Below, piece after piece: positions 46,877 through 56,296 of a stretch of 64,000 nucleotides of DNA. The notes beneath the pieces are model-generated. The model was not told the origin of the DNA and did not search any database. It saw nothing but the letters and a program-made list of their open reading frames with translations. Each line of letters opens with the position of its first letter. Position 1 is the stretch's first letter. Source of the DNA: Candidatus Latescibacterota bacterium (lineage in GTDB: Bacteria; Latescibacterota; UBA2968; GCA-2709665); the NCBI GenBank assembly GCA_965248435.1, contig OZ252100.1, forward strand, positions 1,280,001-1,344,000, in the 5' to 3' direction. The position numbers and the translations under genes are program-made.

Positions 46877-48244
46877 TCACTGAGGGGGCCGGACCTGATA
46901 CCTCTTGAGCTTATACTGGAGGGCCCGAACGCTGATTCCGAGGATGGCCGCAGCCTCTTTCCGGTTTGACGTCACCTGCGTTAGAGTATGCTCGATCAGC
47001 GCCCGCTCCACGTCCTGGATCGATTTACCGATTTCCATCTCAAACCGCTCTGGCCGGGTGCCCGATTCTCGAACTCGGACCGGAAGCCGTTTCACGCCAA
47101 CCTCTTGATCCTCGCAGGTTACCACGATCTGTTCGATCACATTCTTCAGTTCCCGAACGTTTCCCGGCCAGTCGTAGTTTAAAATGGACTGCATCGCACC
47201 AGCGGTAAACCGCTTTCGCGGCTTTCCGTGAAGTGAGCAGAGCTGGGCCAGGAAGGTATCGACAATCAACGGGATATCCTCTTTCCGGTCCTTTAGCAGG
47301 GGCAGCTGGATGGGCACGACATTGATCCTATAATACAAATCCTCTCGAAATCCCCCCTGCCTCATGAGGGTGTCCAGGTCCCGATTCGTGGCAAAAATCG
47401 TCCTCACATTGGCCTTGTGTGGCTTCATCCCGCCGACTGGGGTGTAGACTTTCTCCTCCAGAACGCGGAGTAAATCCACCTGATTCTGGATCGGGATCTC
47501 GCTCACCTCGTCAAAAAACAGCGTGCCCCCCTCCGCGGCAGCGAATCGCCCAGGCTTGTCTGCGTGCGCGCCGGTGAATGCCCCCCGGACATGGCCGAAA
47601 AGCTCGCTCTCAAACAGGGATTCAGGAATCGCACCGCAGTTGACCGGCACCATCGGATCATCTGCGCGGCTGCTCGTTTGCCAGATTGCCCTTGCGACCA
47701 GCTCCTTTCCCGTTCCCGTTTCGCCCGTGATCAACACAGGGACGTCTGTCATTGCCGCCTGTCTGATCGTGTCGCATACACTCCTCATCACTTCGCTTCG
47801 ATGGACGATCTCTTCAAAAGACGTCGCTGAATCCAGACGCGCACGAAGCTCTTTGTTCTCAACGACAAGCGCCTGGTGTTCCAGAAGGCGCTCCAAAGAG
47901 AGTCTGATGCGCTTGAAGTCTGTCGGCTTGGGTAGAAAATCATAAGCACCCAGACGCATCGCCTCGACGGCGGTCGCGACCTCGCCCTGTGCAGTGATCA
48001 CAATCACCCCCGTGTCGGGGCTCCTCGCCTTGACCTCTTTGAGCAGAGACATCGCCGCTTTCCCTGGCACCTTGAGGTCCAGAATGGCTGCGTGGTAATG
48101 CCCACGTTCCAGGCGTTTACCTATCTCGCGCAGGCCGTGGACGGCATCCACAATATAGCCGGCCTCGGAAAGAAAGTCGATCAAGCCTTCGGAGACATCT
48201 TTCTCATCATCGATGACAAGGATACGGTTCTCGTTCGAGTGCAT
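46877..48244 (-). CDS. Sigma54-dependent response regulator (NtrC/AtoC family)
   Basis: Receiver domain, GETGTGKE, ESELFGH.RGAFTGA, FREDLYYR.NV, WPGNVREL.N, Fis-type HTH. Confidence 0.95.
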   Translation of the reverse strand: MHSNENRILVIDDEKDVSEGLIDFLSEAGYIVDAVHGLREIGKRLERGHYHAAILDLKVPGKAAMSLLKEVKARSPDTGVIVITAQGEVATAVEAMRLGAYDFLPKPTDFKRIRLSLERLLEHQALVVENKELRARLDSATSFEEIVHRSEVMRSVCDTIRQAAMTDVPVLITGETGTGKELVARAIWQTSSRADDPMVPVNCGAIPESLFESELFGHVRGAFTGAHADKPGRFAAAEGGTLFFDEVSEIPIQNQVDLLRVLEEKVYTPVGGMKPHKANVRTIFATNRDLDTLMRQGGFREDLYYRINVVPIQLPLLKDRKEDIPLIVDTFLAQLCSLHGKPRKRFTAGAMQSILNYDWPGNVRELKNVIEQIVVTCEDQEVGVKRLPVRVRESGTRPERFEMEIGKSIQDVERALIEHTLTQVTSNRKEAAAILGISVRALQYKLKRYQVRPPQ

Positions 48245-48478
48245 CTAATTTTCCTGTTCAGTTCGTTTTCTTTCAACGCCAAAGGCTCTTTCAAAAGCTA
48301 TCGAAGCGCTTCCGGATTCGCAAGCGCAACTTCCTTTTCCAAAGACCTTGACACATCCCCCGCCGTGGCGCTATTATCAAATTTGGCTTTTCGTGCATTA
48401 AGGTCGTATCAAATAGAAGGATAACGAACGTCTACACCAGACTTCGGGCATCGCGCCCAGGAAGGGGTGAATTCATAG

Positions 48479-51148
48479 TTGGACAGTGACCTCCGAAAGC
48501 GACTCAAGGACCTCAGGGCGAAAAGCGGCCCAAAAGAACTGCCCAAAAAGAGGATCGAGCTGCTCAGGCGCTATCTAGAGCGAGCCTGGGACGAGGTCCT
48601 CTCCCGACATCGGTCCCAGGCATCCGGACAAGAGGTGGTCGAAGCCCTTACAGAACGCGTCGACACGCTTATTTCATTGCTTCATAGAGAAGCGGTCCTG
48701 GACACCGGAGGAGATCCACCTAGGGGATATGTCGTCTTAGCGCTGGGAGGCTACGGAAGAGCAGCCCTTAATCCAAAGTCTGACGTTGACCTCTTGTTTC
48801 TATCGCAAAAAGTGGAAAAAGCGCACCCTGTTACTCGGACCATACTCCACGCACTTTGGGACCTACGATTCGAGATCGGATACAGCACTCGTACAATCCC
48901 TGATTGTCTTTCCGCAGCGAAGGAGGACCCGGACTCTCTCACGTCCTTGTATGAGGCCCGCTATCTTGTCGGAGACCGCAAACTGGCCAAAAAACTGGAG
49001 GACGCCCTGACAGGGCAATTTTTCGGCCGGAGGGCTCGTACTTTTGTTGCCCAAAAGGTCGAGGAGCGTCGGCAGAGACACGTCAGAGCAGGTCTCTCCG
49101 TTCAACTCCTGGAACCGGACGTAAAGGAGAGTACCGGCGGACTCAGGGAGACGCACGCCGTCGGGTGGCTGCTCAAAGTGCGGGGGGTCGTCACACCCGA
49201 CGGGCTACTGAAAGAACATCTGCTTGACCGAAGAAATTTTCGCCTCTACACCGAAGGTCTCGATTTTCTGCTGCGGACTAGAAACGAGCTTCACTTCCTT
49301 ACGGGGAAACGCCAGGACGTGCTCGAACACGAGCTCCAACCGACGGTCGCTCTCGGTCTCGGATACGAAGACCAGAATGGAGAGTTGGGCGTTGAGCGAT
49401 TCATGCGAGATTACTACCTGCACGCCAGAAACATAAAACATCTTTCCGACTTCATATGTGAGCGGCTGGACGGCCAACCGTCTGTGGCACGCCGTGTCGT
49501 AGGTTTGATCGTAAGGCGAACCCTGGATGATGGGGCCGTCCTCACGCATTCTCACATCGGACTACCTAGAGAAAGGAAGTCCTTCTTTGAAAGCAATCCG
49601 CGTCGGCTCCTGAGCCTCTTTTTGGACAGCCAACGATTCGGGGTTCCAATCAACGAAGCAACTCGCCGAAGCATCCAGGATAGCACCCAGCTTATTGATG
49701 CCGACTTCCGAAGTTCCAAGGAAGCTGCCCACATATTTCTGGAAATCCTGCGTGCCCCTGGAGGGGTAGCTGTAACGCTGCGTACGATGCACGAACTCGG
49801 CATACTGGGCGCCTACATTCCCGAGTTCGATAGCCTGACGTGCCTGGTGCAGTATAATCGTTACCATATCTACACGGCCGATGAACATACGCTGGTGGCA
49901 ATCGAGAATCTAGAGCGTCTTCTCACCGATTCGTCGGACGGAGGAGCCCTTTCTCATCTCAAACGTGTATTCAAAGAAATCCCGAGAAAGGAGACGCTCT
50001 ATTTGGCCGTACTGTTGCACGACGTGGGGAAGTCGGTCCGTGGCTCGGAACACAGCGCCGAAGGTGCGGCCATGGCTCGGGACTTCCTGGTCAGGCTGGG
50101 GCTCCCATCTGAGCAGACAAAGGCCATCATTCTTTTGATTAAGAATCACCTTCAGATGTCACACATCTCGCAGCGCCGGGACTTGTCCGACGAGCGCATG
50201 TTGAAGGAGTTTTCTCGCTCGGTCAAGCATCCAAACCTGCTGCGCATGCTCTATGTGCTCACTTACGCCGATCTTTCTGCCGTGACCCGAACGGCCTGGA
50301 CGGCGTGGAAGGCGCATCTCCTTCGCGAACTTTACGCCAAGACCCTAAACATCTTGACATCGGGGTCGCCATCTGCCGAGGAGGAGCGCAGGCGGCAAGC
50401 CGCCAGCCGGGATCTTGTTGGAGCGCTCAGCGACCGTTTCGGACGGGGCCTGGTGAAGAAGCATGTCGATCGTCTTCCACCACACTATGCTGAACTGAAC
50501 GGTAGCGAAAGCGTAGGGAGACATCTCGATCTGATTCAGAAGCTCGAGAACTCGCCCGTTACGGTCGGGTTTGCACCGAGTCGTTTCTTCTCTGAAGTGA
50601 CCGTCTGCACCCAGGACAAACCTTACAGGCTTTCTGAAATCTGCGGCGTGCTTTCCAGCAACGACATCAATATCTTCAGTGCGCAGGCCTACACGCGTTC
50701 CGACGGGATCGTGATGGATACCTTTCAAGTCACGACCTTGGACGAAACCAGCCATCCCATACACCAGAAGCAGGTGCAAAAACAACTTGCGGAGGTCTTT
50801 CAGGAAAAGGTCAGCCTGGAAGACCTTTTCGTCAGGCATCAGCGGCGGTGGGCCAGGCGAAGGAAACCAGCGGCTCGGATTCCGACCGAGATCCATTTCG
50901 AAAACGACATCTCGGACAGATACACCATCATAGACATCTTTGCACAAGATGCAGTCGGACTTCTCTACAAAATTACGAGCACCCTTTCCGATCTTGGTCT
51001 GGATATCTACACCGCCCGCATCAGTACTCAGGCAGACAGGGCGGTGGACTCCTTCTATGCGATCCGAGACGGCAAAAAGATCGAATCTCAGGAAGAGCAG
51101 GACCGCACAAGAAAGGAGCTTATCGCCCGAATCGAGAGGCCAGATTAG
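48479..51148 (+). CDS. glnD: [Protein-PII] uridylyltransferase
   Basis: ALGGYGR..L.P.SDVDLL, LEPDVKE..GGLR, YH.YT.DEH, LLHDVGK, two C-terminal ACT domains; TTGACA-N18-TATTAT promoter at 48348-48377. Confidence 0.95.
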   Translation: MDSDLRKRLKDLRAKSGPKELPKKRIELLRRYLERAWDEVLSRHRSQASGQEVVEALTERVDTLISLLHREAVLDTGGDPPRGYVVLALGGYGRAALNPKSDVDLLFLSQKVEKAHPVTRTILHALWDLRFEIGYSTRTIPDCLSAAKEDPDSLTSLYEARYLVGDRKLAKKLEDALTGQFFGRRARTFVAQKVEERRQRHVRAGLSVQLLEPDVKESTGGLRETHAVGWLLKVRGVVTPDGLLKEHLLDRRNFRLYTEGLDFLLRTRNELHFLTGKRQDVLEHELQPTVALGLGYEDQNGELGVERFMRDYYLHARNIKHLSDFICERLDGQPSVARRVVGLIVRRTLDDGAVLTHSHIGLPRERKSFFESNPRRLLSLFLDSQRFGVPINEATRRSIQDSTQLIDADFRSSKEAAHIFLEILRAPGGVAVTLRTMHELGILGAYIPEFDSLTCLVQYNRYHIYTADEHTLVAIENLERLLTDSSDGGALSHLKRVFKEIPRKETLYLAVLLHDVGKSVRGSEHSAEGAAMARDFLVRLGLPSEQTKAIILLIKNHLQMSHISQRRDLSDERMLKEFSRSVKHPNLLRMLYVLTYADLSAVTRTAWTAWKAHLLRELYAKTLNILTSGSPSAEEERRRQAASRDLVGALSDRFGRGLVKKHVDRLPPHYAELNGSESVGRHLDLIQKLENSPVTVGFAPSRFFSEVTVCTQDKPYRLSEICGVLSSNDINIFSAQAYTRSDGIVMDTFQVTTLDETSHPIHQKQVQKQLAEVFQEKVSLEDLFVRHQRRWARRRKPAARIPTEIHFENDISDRYTIIDIFAQDAVGLLYKITSTLSDLGLDIYTARISTQADRAVDSFYAIRDGKKIESQEEQDRTRKELIARIERPD

Positions 51149-51366
51149 AGAAAAAGCTTGACAAACCCCGGGGCGTGGGCTTACCTTATTTGACAATTAC
51201 CTTCAGATGTCCTCTGCAATTTCCCTCGCACCCGGGTCCTTTTCCCTCGCAGCACCGCGACCGATTCCTTTGTCAACCTGAAAGAATCCTCTAGTATCGC
51301 TCACTCCCTATTCAAGATTCGAAAAACTCCCTTAAATAACTATAAAACAAAACCATAGGTACGGAA

Positions 51367-52680
51367 ATGACGGTTACGACGACCAAAGAAACTGAAAAGA
51401 CGGAAAAGACCGAAAAGATGGAAAAGATGGACATGATCGATCTTCAGAGGATGACGATCGCTGAACTCGGCAAACTCGCCCGGGAACTCAACATACAGGG
51501 ATACAGCAGCCAGAGAAAACAGGAGTTGATTTTTTCGATCCTCCAGGCCCAGACCGAAAAGAGCGGTCTCATCTTCGCGCAAGGTGTCCTGGAGATCCTC
51601 GAGGATGGGTTCGGATTCCTTCGCTCACCGACCTACAACTACCTGCCCGGGCCCGATGACATCTATGTCTCGCACTCCCAGATCAAGCGCTTCAACCTTC
51701 GAACCGGAGACACCATTTCAGGGCAAATTCGGCCCCCGAAGGGTGACGAAAAATATTTCGCCCTGATCCGGGTGGAGGCCGTCAACTTTGAAGACCCAGA
51801 CCAAGCCAAGCATAAGATCCTCTTCGACAATCTCACTCCGCTTTATCCTCGCGAACGGATCGGCCTGGAATATGACAGTAAGGAACTTTCTACGCGGATT
51901 ATGAACCTCCTCACGCCTATAGGCAAGGGACAACGGGGAATGATCGTGGCGCCTCCGTTTACAGGCAAGACCATGCTCCTCCAAAAAATCGCAAATGCCA
52001 TCACGCATAGCCATCCCGAGATCGCGCTTATCGTCCTGCTCATAGACGAGCGCCCGGAAGAAGTCACAGACATGCTTCGGTCAGTAAATGGCGAGGTCAT
52101 CAGTTCGACATTCGATGAACCTGCAACGCGACACGTCCAAGTCGCGGACATGGTCATTGAAAAAGCCAAGCGTCTCGTCGAGCACCAGCAGGATGTCGTC
52201 ATCCTCCTGGATAGCATCACTCGTCTTGCGAGGGCGTATAACACGGTTGTTCCTCACAGCGGACGTATCCTGACCGGAGGCCTTGACTCGAGCGCCATGC
52301 AGTGGCCGAAGCGATTCTTCGGGGCAGCTCGAAACATCGAAGAGGGAGGGAGCCTTACGATCATCGCGACGGCCCTCGTCGAAACCGGAAGCAGGATGGA
52401 CGACGTCATATTCGAAGAGTTCAAGGGTACTGGCAACATGGAGCTCAAACTGGATCGGCGCTTGAGCAATCGCAGGATCTTTCCTGCCATCGATGTAACG
52501 CAGTCCAGCACACGAAAGGAAGAGCTCCTTCTTGAAGAAAAAGAACTGAATCGTGTATGGATCCTCAGGAAGCTCCTCAATCAGACACCGGCACAGGAGG
52601 CGATGGAATTCCTTATCGAACGAGTGTCCGGAACCAAGGGGAATGATGACTTTTTGAACTCCATGAACGCCCCGGTTTAG
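51367..52680 (+). CDS. rho: Transcription termination factor Rho
   Basis: DGFGFLRS...[48 protein letters not shown]. Confidence 0.98.
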   Translation: MTVTTTKETEKTEKTEKMEKMDMIDLQRMTIAELGKLARELNIQGYSSQRKQELIFSILQAQTEKSGLIFAQGVLEILEDGFGFLRSPTYNYLPGPDDIYVSHSQIKRFNLRTGDTISGQIRPPKGDEKYFALIRVEAVNFEDPDQAKHKILFDNLTPLYPRERIGLEYDSKELSTRIMNLLTPIGKGQRGMIVAPPFTGKTMLLQKIANAITHSHPEIALIVLLIDERPEEVTDMLRSVNGEVISSTFDEPATRHVQVADMVIEKAKRLVEHQQDVVILLDSITRLARAYNTVVPHSGRILTGGLDSSAMQWPKRFFGAARNIEEGGSLTIIATALVETGSRMDDVIFEEFKGTGNMELKLDRRLSNRRIFPAIDVTQSSTRKEELLLEEKELNRVWILRKLLNQTPAQEAMEFLIERVSGTKGNDDFLNSMNAPV

Positions 52681-52763
52681 AGGCTTGTGTTTTTCGCCGG
52701 TTTGTGTATATTTCCGTGCTGATTGGTGGCCGAGGCTGTGGTTGAGCTTGTCAGGAGTTACAG

Positions 52764-53003
52764 ATGAAACCCGATGTCCATCCCGAATACGTAGAAACGA
52801 CGATCACTTGTGCGTGCGGAAACTCGATCGAGACGCGGTCTACTGCACCGAACCTCCGGGTTGAAATTTGCTCCAATTGCCATCCCTTTTACACGGGCAA
52901 GCAGAAACTGGTCGACACCGCCGGAATGGTAGAACGATACCGCAGACGCTACAAGATCGAGGAGAAAGAGGGAGCCGAGGAAACGAATTCATCTGAAGGG
53001 TAG
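52764..53003 (+). CDS. rpmE: 50S ribosomal protein L31 (Zn-binding type)
   Basis: [25 protein letters not shown]. Confidence 0.96.
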   Translation: MKPDVHPEYVETTITCACGNSIETRSTAPNLRVEICSNCHPFYTGKQKLVDTAGMVERYRRRYKIEEKEGAEETNSSEG

Positions 53004-53108
53004 ATTGAGATACACAGACACGGTGAATGGGCTTGGCATTCGGTTCATCCGATTGCCAATACTGCTTCACCTTTTTTTTATCTGATTTTCTACATAAGGT
53101 CCCGGGAC

Positions 53109-54194
53109 ATGTTTGAGCAATTAAAACAAGCTTCCGATCGTTACGAGGAAATCGGCCAAGAAATGGCCCGTCCGGAAGTGGCGTCGAACCCCGGTAAGTT
53201 CCAACAGCTAACGAAGGAGTTCCACGGTCTGGAAAGGCTTGTCACAAACTATAGAGCATACGAAAAGGTCGTCCGGGAGTTGTCGGAAGCCAAGGACATC
53301 ATCAAGACTTCAGATGATCCCGAGCTTCTCGAGATGGCTCGCCTCGAAGAAGAGGATCTTCAGAGGCAGGAGACCGAATTCGCCGAAAAGCTAAAAATTC
53401 TCCTTATACCCAAAGATCCAAGCGATGATAAGAATACAGTCGTCGAGATTCGTGCCGGGGCCGGAGGCGATGAGGCTGCCCTCTTCGCCGCAGATCTCCA
53501 TCGAATGTACACGAAGTATGGAGAATCTCTGGGATGGAAGGTGGAGTCCCTGAGCTCTAATCCCACAGGGATAGGGGGTTTTAAGGAAATCATCTTTTTG
53601 GTTTCCGGAAAGGGTGTTTACGCTCGGCTCAAGTATGAAAGTGGTGTTCATAGAGTTCAGCGGATACCGGCAACCGAATCCAGCGGCAGAATTCATACAT
53701 CTACGGCGACAGTTGCTGTTCTGCCGGAGGCGAAGGAGGTGGAGATTGATATCAATCCAGAGGACTTGAAGGTAGACGTCTATCGGTCGTCTGGCCCCGG
53801 GGGGCAGAGCGTGAACACCACGGACTCGGCCGTCAGGATCACGCACCTCCCATCGGGCCTCGTCGTTCAATGCCAGGATGAAAAATCACAGCACAAGAAC
53901 AAAGCCAAGGCCTTCAAAGTGCTTCGTGCCCGCCTCCTCGACAAGGCCATCGGCGAGCAGCACGAAAAGGCGTCTCAGGACCGCAGAGACCAGGTGGGTA
54001 CTGGAGATCGAAGCGCGAAGATACGCACTTACAATTTCCCCCAGAGTCGCATCACGGACCACCGAATAAAATTGACGCTGCACCGACTGGACGAAGTCCT
54101 GGATGGTGATTTGGACGAGCTCATCGACACCCTTTCCCTGACCGACCAGGCAGAAAAACTCAGCGGACAGGAGATCTATCCGGAATCTCCTTGA
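53109..54194 (+). CDS. prfA: Peptide chain release factor 1
   Basis: [24 protein letters not shown] (PxT), [16 protein letters not shown]. Confidence 0.97.
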   Translation: MFEQLKQASDRYEEIGQEMARPEVASNPGKFQQLTKEFHGLERLVTNYRAYEKVVRELSEAKDIIKTSDDPELLEMARLEEEDLQRQETEFAEKLKILLIPKDPSDDKNTVVEIRAGAGGDEAALFAADLHRMYTKYGESLGWKVESLSSNPTGIGGFKEIIFLVSGKGVYARLKYESGVHRVQRIPATESSGRIHTSTATVAVLPEAKEVEIDINPEDLKVDVYRSSGPGGQSVNTTDSAVRITHLPSGLVVQCQDEKSQHKNKAKAFKVLRARLLDKAIGEQHEKASQDRRDQVGTGDRSAKIRTYNFPQSRITDHRIKLTLHRLDEVLDGDLDELIDTLSLTDQAEKLSGQEIYPESP

Positions 54195-55069
54195 TGCGCA
54201 CGCTTCCGTCTTTATCCACGGTCTCGGATTCCCTGACCTGGACCATCCAGGTCCTCACCGAGGTCGGCGTGGATTCGCCACGGCTCGAAGCTGAATGGCT
54301 GCTGACCGACCTGCTTTCCACAACCCGGGCCAACCTGTATCTCGACAACATCCTGATTCTGACTCCGAATCAATCTGAATCCCTCCAAAAGTCCGTTTTT
54401 CGGCGTAGCCAGCGCGTTCCCATTCAGTACATCCTTGGGAAAACGGAATTCTACGCCTTGCCATTCTGTGTCACGCCAGAAGTGCTTATCCCCAGGCCCG
54501 AGACCGAAGTCCTGGTGGATTCGGTCATCGACCGGCTCCGGAACCTGCCTCATCAAACTATTCTCGAAATTGGGACGGGATCAGGCGCCATTGCAGTGGG
54601 CCTTGCCCACAACCTCCCCTCGAGCAGCCTCGTGGCCACAGACGTATCGGTCAAAGCGCTGAAAATTGCGGCGGAAAATGCAAGAATCAACCGCACGGAA
54701 TGCCGTGTGTCGTTTATCCTCTCCAACCTCTTTTCGGCTTTGCGTCCCGCTCCCCTGTTTCACGCGGTCGTATCAAACCCGCCCTACATCACCTCTCACG
54801 AGCTTGACGGCCTCCCGGCAGAGGTGCGAGAACACGAACCCAAGCTCGCCCTTGACGGAGGCCCGGATGGCCTTCGGTTCTACCGTCCCCTGATTTCACA
54901 GGCGGGCCGGTATCTTCACCGGGAGGGATGGCTGGCGATGGAAGTCGATGATCGGCGCGCCAAGGATGTAAGCACGCTCCTGTCCCGGTCCGTCGAATTT
55001 GGAAGCCCTGAAACGATCCAGGATTTGAGCTCTCGAAACCGGGTCCTTGTTGTCCAGAAACGTGCCTGA
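54191..55069 (+). CDS. prmC: Release factor glutamine methyltransferase
   Basis: [39 protein letters not shown]. Confidence 0.95.
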   Translation: MMRTLPSLSTVSDSLTWTIQVLTEVGVDSPRLEAEWLLTDLLSTTRANLYLDNILILTPNQSESLQKSVFRRSQRVPIQYILGKTEFYALPFCVTPEVLIPRPETEVLVDSVIDRLRNLPHQTILEIGTGSGAIAVGLAHNLPSSSLVATDVSVKALKIAAENARINRTECRVSFILSNLFSALRPAPLFHAVVSNPPYITSHELDGLPAEVREHEPKLALDGGPDGLRFYRPLISQAGRYLHREGWLAMEVDDRRAKDVSTLLSRSVEFGSPETIQDLSSRNRVLVVQKRA

Positions 55070-55224
55070 GGGTCCCGCCTTTCGTTCATGACTGTCCTTC
55101 GAGCCCTGGTATTAGGTGGCTTTAAAACCTGCTTGCCCGGGCTTTAGAAATGGTTGACAAGGGAAGCGCTTTTAGTTAATTTGACACAACTTACGACGTC
55201 TTTCCGCTGGCCTTTCCACCCCGG

Positions 55225-56199
55225 ATGGACCCAATGTTCGATCAAATCATCTCACCGATCTCTCCCCAAATTGAGCGTTTCGAGCAGCGCCTCGATCAAA
55301 CGCTTACCTCAGACGTCGAATTGGTCCAGACGATGTCAGATCACCTGATGGAGACGCGTGGCAAACGATTTCGACCCGCGCTTTCCCTTCTGACTGCCCA
55401 GGCCATAGGTGACTGCTCCGACGACGTAATCGACGCCTCTGTGGGGATAGAATTGATCCACTGGGCCACACTCATACACGACGATGTGATTGACCTGGCG
55501 GAAACCCGACGCGGCGCGGAGGTGATCAACTTTCGCTGGGGAGACCATGCGGCCGTACTGATGGGAGACCTCCTCCTTGCTCGAGCCCTCGAGGTCCTGG
55601 TCGGGCTCAACTCAATGGCAGTGATGGAGGCAGCGACCCGCGCGACCCGGCGCATGATCGAAGGCGAAATCCTCGAAATTCAGCGAGGTAGCGACGCGGA
55701 GACCGAACTCTACTTCCACATGATCGACAAGAAGACGGCCTCCCTCATGGCCCTCGCTTGCGAGGTCGGTGCTATATTGGGCGGGGGCACACCGGAGCAG
55801 ATCGCACAAATGTTCTCCTTCGGCAAAGAGGTTGGGATCGCATTCCAGATCACGGACGACCTGCTGGATTTCATAGGGGATGCGGAATCGTTGGGCAAAC
55901 CCGTCGGGAGTGACGTTCGGGAAAAAAAGGTCACGCTTCCCCTCATCCGCGCACTCGCAAACTGCCAGAACGGCGAAGCTGAGCAGATTCGTGCGAAAGT
56001 CCGCGACGGAATCGAATCAGATGAGGACTTTCAAGAGGTCTTCCACTTCGTCCACCGATACGGGGGAATCGAACAGGCCAGAGAAGAAGCACGTACCTAT
56101 GCGAAGTCTGCTTTGAAAAATCTGGATCCCCTGCGCTCTTCAGAGGCCCGCGAGGCACTCGAACTCGCCGTACACCACGTCGTTGATCGGGAGCGCTAG
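55225..56199 (+). CDS. Polyprenyl diphosphate synthase
   Basis: GKRFRP, LIHDDVID...RRG, KTA.L, FQITDDLLD, GKP.G.D. Confidence 0.92.
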   Translation: MDPMFDQIISPISPQIERFEQRLDQTLTSDVELVQTMSDHLMETRGKRFRPALSLLTAQAIGDCSDDVIDASVGIELIHWATLIHDDVIDLAETRRGAEVINFRWGDHAAVLMGDLLLARALEVLVGLNSMAVMEAATRATRRMIEGEILEIQRGSDAETELYFHMIDKKTASLMALACEVGAILGGGTPEQIAQMFSFGKEVGIAFQITDDLLDFIGDAESLGKPVGSDVREKKVTLPLIRALANCQNGEAEQIRAKVRDGIESDEDFQEVFHFVHRYGGIEQAREEARTYAKSALKNLDPLRSSEAREALELAVHHVVDRER

Positions 56200-56296
56200 T
56201 TTGATCGACCGAAGGTGCTCCTCCCCTGGAAGTCCGCTGTTTCGATCCTTCGTTCACTACCAGCAATTCACCATTCCTCAAGAATAGAGATTCAAA

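Noticed and set aside
53022-53079. Hairpin plus T run after rpmE as an ncRNA
   Set aside because: Adequately explained as a terminator or attenuator separating rpmE from prfA.
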